Below, in pieces: positions 38,585-44,258 of a stretch of 44,258 bases of DNA; positions within the stretch are counted from its first letter, which is position 1; each line of letters begins with the position of its first letter. The stretch lies in the NCBI GenBank assembly GCA_041489255.1, contig JBGPQV010000022.1, positions 1 through 44,258 of the forward strand, read 5' to 3'. This DNA is from Thermoplasmata archaeon (lineage in GTDB: Archaea > Thermoplasmatota > Thermoplasmata > RBG-16-68-12 > JAFNFQ01). Position numbers and translations under genes: made by a program. The notes under the pieces are model-generated. The model was not told the DNA's origin. It did not search any database and worked only from the letters and a program-made list of their open reading frames with translations.

Positions 38585-38996
38585 CGCCAGTCCCTCCGGT
38601 CTGTTTTGAACGATGCTCCACGTGATTCCTCACTTCTTGGAGAAGCCCGACATGGATGATCCTTGACTCCCTTGCCTTCGTTACGACCGTTGCCTGACCA
38701 TCGACTGCGATTAGCCCGATCCCGTATCTTGCCAAAGCATCCTCATCAGTATTACGTGAGAAGCGCTCTTCGACCGCCAAGTATACGCGGTTCGCGCACA
38801 GGCGATACATCATAGCCTGTCTCAGTCCCGCCCGCCAGTCGCGGACTTTTGCCTCAACTGCAATGACACGACGTGAATGGGAATCGACCGCCGCGAGGTC
38901 AATCTTCTTGCGACCCAAAGGGACCTCCCTGGCGGTAACCATTCCATCTTCCATGAGGAATCTGTCGACCCGCCGGACTATCGTGGACTCCTTCAT
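38571..38996 (-). CDS. Small PD-(D/E)XK nuclease-fold protein
   Basis: REV...IDL...AVEAK..W..GLRQA..Y....NRVYL...GIGLI motif series. Confidence 0.85.
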   Translation of the reverse strand: MKESTIVRRVDRFLMEDGMVTAREVPLGRKKIDLAAVDSHSRRVIAVEAKVRDWRAGLRQAMMYRLCANRVYLAVEERFSRNTDEDALARYGIGLIAVDGQATVVTKARESRIIHVGLLQEVRNHVEHRSKQTGGTGGGRS

Positions 38997-39406
38997 GAAA
39001 GCTCCTTCCTTCCTCCTATGTAGACCGCTTCCCGACGACCCTTGAAATGGCCATCAAGAGTTAAAACCTTACCATGGTTCGATTCAGCCACTGCGAGGAG
39101 GATGCAATCCACGATTCCCATGCCTTTGTTGTCGTGCTTGGCAAGTAGCTGTCCAACTCTGACAGCTGTGTCGCAATCTAGGACGGGGAGCTGTTTGCTC
39201 ATAATCTGGATATTCGTCATGTCCTGGTCAAATCCGGGCTGATTCTCCTTCGCATAGTGCTTCTGCATCTCTGCGAGCACAACTGTCGGGGTGAATATCT
39301 CGACGGGCTTGCCCGGAGGGCGGATGAGCCGACTCACGCGTTCCCCCCGGTCGGTTCCCCTGAAGTAGTCGATCCAGGCGGAAGCGTCGACGATATACCT
39401 TCGCAA
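38993..39406 (-). CDS. PIN-domain (VapC-like) ribonuclease
   Basis: IVDASAWIDYF, VVLAE, GIVDCILLA and LTLDGHF motifs. Confidence 0.92.
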   Translation of the reverse strand: MRRYIVDASAWIDYFRGTDRGERVSRLIRPPGKPVEIFTPTVVLAEMQKHYAKENQPGFDQDMTNIQIMSKQLPVLDCDTAVRVGQLLAKHDNKGMGIVDCILLAVAESNHGKVLTLDGHFKGRREAVYIGGRKELS

Positions 39407-39421
39407 TCTTGCATCCTCGCA

Positions 39422-40015
39422 CTATTCACTGTGTTCAAAGGCGGGCAGGTCCGGACGAGAGCCGAAGCCGAGTATCTTGTCCAATATCTTCGACTTCCGG
39501 ATCATCCCTGGGTAGCGTTTGTAGACATACTCGAGAAGCTCATTGAGTTCGATAGCATTGAACCTCTTCTTGATGCTCTGCAGGGCGCGGCGCTCCTCGG
39601 GCGCAAGCCCGGTGAACAAGGCGCCTCCGACCCGCTTACCTCGCTCGGTCAAGGCGTAAATCTCCACCGTTCTAGGTTTCTCAGCTGCTGATTCCTCATA
39701 TCTGCTGGTCACCATGAGGCCGTCCACGACCTCGCTGTAAGACTGAAGCTCCTCGACCCGTCCCGTGACCAGGCCGCCTGCCTTCAGGGCATCCAGGATG
39801 TCGACCACTTCTCCCGAATACGGACCGAAATCATAGGCCTCGTAGACGAGTTCACCGCCAGTCTTGTTCTCGAAGTCCGCTTCCTTGAGCAGGAGGAAGA
39901 GAAGCTTCTCCAGTCTGGTTATCCCTCTGATCTCCTCAGACGGCTTCCCCGTGCTCCCAGGAGCGTACAGCAGCGCGATTATCAGATCGGCTCCAGACTC
40001 GATCGGCATGAACAA
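39422..40015 (-). CDS. SocA/Panacea (DUF4065)/YwgA-like wHTH protein
   Basis: GITRLEKLLFLL, YEAYDFGPYS, YALTERGK and LLEYVYKRYP motifs. Confidence 0.8.
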   Translation of the reverse strand: MFMPIESGADLIIALLYAPGSTGKPSEEIRGITRLEKLLFLLLKEADFENKTGGELVYEAYDFGPYSGEVVDILDALKAGGLVTGRVEELQSYSEVVDGLMVTSRYEESAAEKPRTVEIYALTERGKRVGGALFTGLAPEERRALQSIKKRFNAIELNELLEYVYKRYPGMIRKSKILDKILGFGSRPDLPAFEHSE

Positions 40016-40045
40016 TCCTCCATCTCGAAATCGGGGCCGCCTTAT

Positions 40046-40273
40046 TTAAGTTGGCAGGAGAGCTAGCTGCGAGTGCCGACAACGGCCGCCGAGTACGAGC
40101 GGGGGCTTGCGGTGCTCTTCCTCGCACTTCATGAACTCTTCCAATGCATCAGGCCCGTGGAGGCCATGGAGTATCGGCACGACGTCGTCCGAGCCGCATT
40201 TCTCGCACTTTGGCGGCGGTTCCATATCATCGTCGTCTTGTTCCGTCTTCTCTTTCTCGGGCATGGGCTGCAA
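40046..40273 (-). pseudogene. Small zinc-ribbon ORF, apparently truncated
   Basis: CEKCGSDDVVPILHG...VLGGRC; the expected second CxxC is missing. Confidence 0.4.
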
Positions 40274-40481
40274 CTTTGTCAGGAGGCATGTGTGAATATC
40301 ATCCTAGATGATTCAATTCCGTCTCGAATCGCGCCATGGAGGAGGCAATTGATTCCAGAGCGAGTCGCGGTCTATCCGGCCTTCTCGCGATCGACATCAC
40401 CACCTTTCCGACTCGGATGAGACGATTCTTTCGTTGCAGCCCCCACAGCCTTTTTACTCCGACCGCGTCTATGGCCCTGGC

Positions 40482-41672
40482 ATGCCTGAAGGGGATCCAG
40501 AGGACAAGAAAGACCCAGCGGAAGAAGCCCCTGCGGTGAAATATCTGTCAGTCAGCCAGCTCAACCGGAGCGTCAAGGCGCTGATCGATAGCGAACCCGG
40601 CCTCCAAGGCGTCTGGGTCCTCGGCGAGTTCTCCAACCTCAAGCCTGCGTCCAGCGGCCACTGCTATCCGACCCTCAAAGACGAGGACTCGGAGATAGGC
40701 TGCGTCATATGGGCCAGGACGCTGCGCCAGCTCTCTGTCCGTCCCGAGGAGGGCATGAAGGTCCTCGTCTACGGGGATGTCGACGTCTATGAGCGGAAGG
40801 GCAGGTACCAGCTCGTCGTCCGCGACGTCAGGAAGTTCGGCGTGGGGGACCTCTACGCCCGCATGGAGGCGCTCAAGGCGAAGCTCAGGAAAGAAGGGCT
40901 CTTCGACCGGAAGCGGCCCCTGCCGGAGTTCCCGAGGGTCGTCGGCCTCGTCACATCCGACACTGGAGCAGCGGTGCAGGACATGATACGCATCATCGGC
41001 CGCAGGTTTCCCATCGCGCGCATGATCCTGGTCCCTGTCTTGGTCCAGGGGGCCGAGGCGGCCGAGGACATCGCGGCGGGGATCCAGGAGATGAACGGGC
41101 TGCGAGAACCCCGCCCTGACGTGATGATCGTGGGGCGCGGCGGGGGCAGCATCGAGGACCTCTGGGCCTTCAACGAGGAGGTCGTCGCGAGGGCGATGTT
41201 CGCCTCGGACATACCTGTCATCTCGGCCGTGGGGCACGAGACGGACTTCACGATCGCGGATTTCGTGGCGGACCTGAGGGCAGCGACGCCATCCGAGGCA
41301 GCGGAGAAGGTCGTGCCCGACAAGGAGGCCTTGCTCGGACAGATCGACGGGACCCAGGAGGCCCTGTCCAAGATGATGACGGACGCGATCCAGGGTCTCG
41401 AGCAGGGTCTGGACGACGAGGCGCTGCAGCTCGAGGGCGCGATGGGAGAGCTGCTCGTTTCCGGCTCTCGAGACATCGATCACGTCGCTGAGATGCTGGA
41501 ATCCCTTGGCCCCCGCAAGGTCCTCAGGCGCGGCTACGCGATAGTGACCCGCGAGGGAGAGACGGTGAGCAGCGTGGCGGTGCTCCATCCCAAGGACGAC
41601 GTCGAGATCATAGTGACCGATGGGAAGGCGGGAGCGGAGATTCAGAAGGTGAAGAGGGTCAGGACGGTCTGA
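40482..41672 (+). CDS. xseA: Exodeoxyribonuclease VII large subunit
   Basis: LSVSQLN, GEFSN..SGHCY, TSDTGAAVQD, GRGGGSIEDLWAFNEE, SAVGHETDFTIADFVADLRAATPS and VLRRGYA motifs. Confidence 0.97.
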   Translation: MPEGDPEDKKDPAEEAPAVKYLSVSQLNRSVKALIDSEPGLQGVWVLGEFSNLKPASSGHCYPTLKDEDSEIGCVIWARTLRQLSVRPEEGMKVLVYGDVDVYERKGRYQLVVRDVRKFGVGDLYARMEALKAKLRKEGLFDRKRPLPEFPRVVGLVTSDTGAAVQDMIRIIGRRFPIARMILVPVLVQGAEAAEDIAAGIQEMNGLREPRPDVMIVGRGGGSIEDLWAFNEEVVARAMFASDIPVISAVGHETDFTIADFVADLRAATPSEAAEKVVPDKEALLGQIDGTQEALSKMMTDAIQGLEQGLDDEALQLEGAMGELLVSGSRDIDHVAEMLESLGPRKVLRRGYAIVTREGETVSSVAVLHPKDDVEIIVTDGKAGAEIQKVKRVRTV

Positions 41673-41685
41673 GAGGAGTGTGAAC

Positions 41686-41946
41686 ATGACGAAAGCGAAG
41701 AGAGGCGGGGCTGGAGGCGCGTCCGATGTCGACTTCGAGGAGAACCTGAAGAGGCTGCAGGATATCGTTGCAGGTCTGAGCGAGGGGAAGCTGCCCCTCC
41801 GCGAGGCGCTGTCGGACTATGAGGAGGGGATGAGGCTCGTGAAGGATTCCCGGAGGATGCTGAAGGAGTCGAAAGCCAAGGTGGAGAAGCTCAACAGGCT
41901 GGCCGGGCGGCTCGAATCATTCGAGCCGATGAACAACGAAGGGTAG
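41686..41946 (+). CDS. xseB: Exodeoxyribonuclease VII small subunit
   Basis: FEENLKRLQDIV..L..G.LPL.EAL..YEEGM.L pattern; directly downstream of xseA. Confidence 0.93.
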   Translation: MTKAKRGGAGGASDVDFEENLKRLQDIVAGLSEGKLPLREALSDYEEGMRLVKDSRRMLKESKAKVEKLNRLAGRLESFEPMNNEG

Positions 41947-42249
41947 TCAATCGTCAAGCTCCAGAACTTGGCGGAGTGCCGCAACGCGATTATGGAATTC
42001 CTCAGGAGGCCGCTGAGAACCCTAAATGTGGCGGTTCTAAACTTTGGCTGATGCAAAGGTCAAGGTATCAGTTCCGGTGGAAACTGGAGATCGGATATCT
42101 CATTTCGATTTGAGGGAGCTATCTAATATGACCTGGGTGGAATTACCCCCGAGGTTGAGAATGCGGGATTCACGCTTCTGCCCGGTTTGTAATTGCGGAG
42201 CAGAAATCGAAACCGCTTTTCTCTGCCATGTGAACATGGAGGTGTAGAG

Positions 42250-43962
42250 ATGAGACAGAAGATTCTATTGATTGGAATTGTGGGCATGCTTGTGAGTGGA
42301 GCGATGTTCTTCATCCCGGGCACGGCCACGGCGCACGACGGCACCGTGACCGTGATGTCGGCGAGGCTGCCGACCGTGAGTGCATTGATGCCCGCTGTAT
42401 GGAACGGGACTTACGCGTATGTGTTCGGTGGCGGCGTGACCGGACCCAGCGTCATAGACGAGATAGTGAGATACGACCCTGCGACGGACACGGCAACAAC
42501 AATGAACGCAAAGTTCTCGATTGGGATAAACCAGATGGCCGCGGTCAAGGTAGGCCAAGATATCTATGTATTCGGCGGCTACTACATAAGCGGCCAAACC
42601 GATGAAATAGTCAAGTATTCCCCTTCGACAGACACTCTGACAGTCATGTCCGCCAGAATGCCCTACTCCGCTTCGATGACGAACGCTGTCTTCGATGGGA
42701 CCTGTGTCTACTTGTTCGGCGGATGGGATGCATACAATTTCAGGGGCGAGATATGGAGATACGACCCTACCTCGGACACTATGACGGAGCTGTCAACGAG
42801 ACTCCCGTCGCCCTGGAGGGGACAGGCAGTCTGGGATGGACAATACGTGTATCTACTGGGCGGCGAGGGTTCCGCTGGGTATTCGAATCAAATACTCAGG
42901 TTCAATCCAGGGACCGGCGAAATCGCTCCGATGTCTGCAACACTGCCTGAAAGCATGGGGTTCACCTCGGCGCTATGGTCAGGTGACCATGTTTATGTCT
43001 TTGGTGGTGGAGTTGCAGGTGGACAGTCTGACAGTATCTTTGAATACACTCCTCAGACAGACAGTATCAGGACGCTTTCGGCGAGACTGCCGGCGGGATT
43101 GGCAACGTGGGGATCTGCCATATGGGACGGGGGTGCGGCCTACATCTTCGGCGGTCTGAGACCAGCGCCAGCCAGAGACAGCGACCTGATATTGAAGTTC
43201 ACTCCAGAGCAGCCCGATTTCAGCCTGTCAGCAACACCATCTTCCCGAACGGTTTCGCCTGGAGGGACGACAATGTATTCAGTTCGGGCAATCAAGCAGG
43301 GGTATTTCAGTGATCCCATCACCATATCGGCGACGGGTCTGCCAGCCGGTGTCACCGCGGGCTTCCTCGACAATCCCCTGACACCCCCTTCCTCGACGGT
43401 GATGACGGTCTCGGTCGGAGGCGGTGTGCAACCTGGCACCTACTCGATCACGATCAATGGGACGGGGGGAGGAAAGGATAACTACACATCAGTCAACCTA
43501 ATCGTGCCGTCAGGCGACTTCAGCGTGTCCGCAGCACCACAATCTCACAGCGTGGTTCCCGGCAATAACGCGACCTACTCGGTTCAGCTCATCGAGCTGG
43601 GTACTTTCGAGAGCCCAGTCACCCTGTCGGCAACCGGCCTGCCGGCCGGGGTCACGGCGAGCTTCCTCGACAATCCTCTGACGCCTCCTTCCTCTACTGC
43701 AATGATCATCTCTGTAGGTTCGAGTGCGCAACCGGGAACGTATAGCATCACGATTACGGGGGTGGGAAATGGGAAGTCCCACTCGACGGCAGTGAACCTG
43801 ACGATAGAGGCCATTGGATCTGGCAGCCAGCCTTCCCTCCAAGTGGACGTGTGGTGGGCAGTGATTCCTTTGTTGATATCGGTCGTTGTGATTGCTGTGC
43901 TCTTGGGTTTGCTTTCTTCCAGACGCCGCAAGGAAGCGCCAGAGGATCGGAAGGCTCCATAG
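42250..43962 (+). CDS. Kelch-repeat protein with two tandem Ig-like domains and C-terminal TM anchor
   Basis: GGAGGTG RBS, signal peptide, six YxFGG Kelch repeats, a duplicated ~100-aa domain (SATGLPAGVTAxFLDNPLTPPSST), then TM + RRRK. Confidence 0.92.
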   Translation: MRQKILLIGIVGMLVSGAMFFIPGTATAHDGTVTVMSARLPTVSALMPAVWNGTYAYVFGGGVTGPSVIDEIVRYDPATDTATTMNAKFSIGINQMAAVKVGQDIYVFGGYYISGQTDEIVKYSPSTDTLTVMSARMPYSASMTNAVFDGTCVYLFGGWDAYNFRGEIWRYDPTSDTMTELSTRLPSPWRGQAVWDGQYVYLLGGEGSAGYSNQILRFNPGTGEIAPMSATLPESMGFTSALWSGDHVYVFGGGVAGGQSDSIFEYTPQTDSIRTLSARLPAGLATWGSAIWDGGAAYIFGGLRPAPARDSDLILKFTPEQPDFSLSATPSSRTVSPGGTTMYSVRAIKQGYFSDPITISATGLPAGVTAGFLDNPLTPPSSTVMTVSVGGGVQPGTYSITINGTGGGKDNYTSVNLIVPSGDFSVSAAPQSHSVVPGNNATYSVQLIELGTFESPVTLSATGLPAGVTASFLDNPLTPPSSTAMIISVGSSAQPGTYSITITGVGNGKSHSTAVNLTIEAIGSGSQPSLQVDVWWAVIPLLISVVVIAVLLGLLSSRRRKEAPEDRKAP

Positions 43963-43974
43963 GATATTGCGAGC

Positions 43975-44111
43975 GCCCAACCACAGAGGGCAGCACGCTC
44001 ATTCCACTTTGAGATACAGGTTCACCTCCTTGCAACGCACCTTCGGAGTCATCCACCTCAACCTCCGCTTCGTTCCAACCGACCTAGTATCCAATCGGAA
44101 AGAGGCGCGCG
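43975..44111 (+). mobile_element. Degenerate right end of an IS3-family-like element
   Basis: NHRGQHAHSTLRYR resembles the N-x-x-R-x-HS-x-L-x-Y end of IS3/IS481 integrase cores. It ends in a 38-bp sequence (44072..44109) inverted relative to 44124..44161. Confidence 0.5.
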
Positions 44112-44121
44112 GTACTAATAC

Positions 44122-44258
44122 TACGCGCCCCTCTCCGATTGGACAGTAGCACGGTTGGAACCGGAAGAACTGAAAGAGAGGAAGCGCTTCACGTGGAGGG
44201 GAGACGATGAGCGGTCCCTTCACGCCGGAACAGAAGCGGGAGATCGTGGTCGCGCTGC
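44122..44258 (+). mobile_element. Left end of an IS3-family-like element; ORF starts at 44207 and runs off the window
   Basis: IR resembles IS3 ends (GCCCC-N8-TGGACA); GGAGG RBS; MSGPFTPEQKREIVVAL resembles the OrfA HTH start. Confidence 0.65.

Overview
This is a high-GC accessory region with no rRNA, tRNA, CRISPR array or integrase recognisable. It is archaeal by gene content, and Thermoplasmata-like by inference. It has IS ends at both edges. Cargo comprises surface proteins (three collagen + 7-bladed propeller paralogs, an SBBP/PKD protein, two Kelch/Ig proteins), several TA-like or defence modules (RelE, DUF4258/AbrB, two HTH + nucleotidyltransferase pairs, PD-(D/E)XK nucleases, a SocA-like/PIN/nuclease/TGT-like operon), catalase and xseAB. 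The most striking structure is not a gene. Seven diverged, co-oriented copies of the 3' end of one CBS-domain gene sit between unrelated gene cassettes from 12.1 to 34.5 kb. The same 'gene - cargo - diverged duplicate of that gene's 3' end' layout recurs for three other anchor genes. This suggests an integrase-free, 3'-end-anchored cassette accretion process. Family assignments come from motif recognition only, with no database searches.
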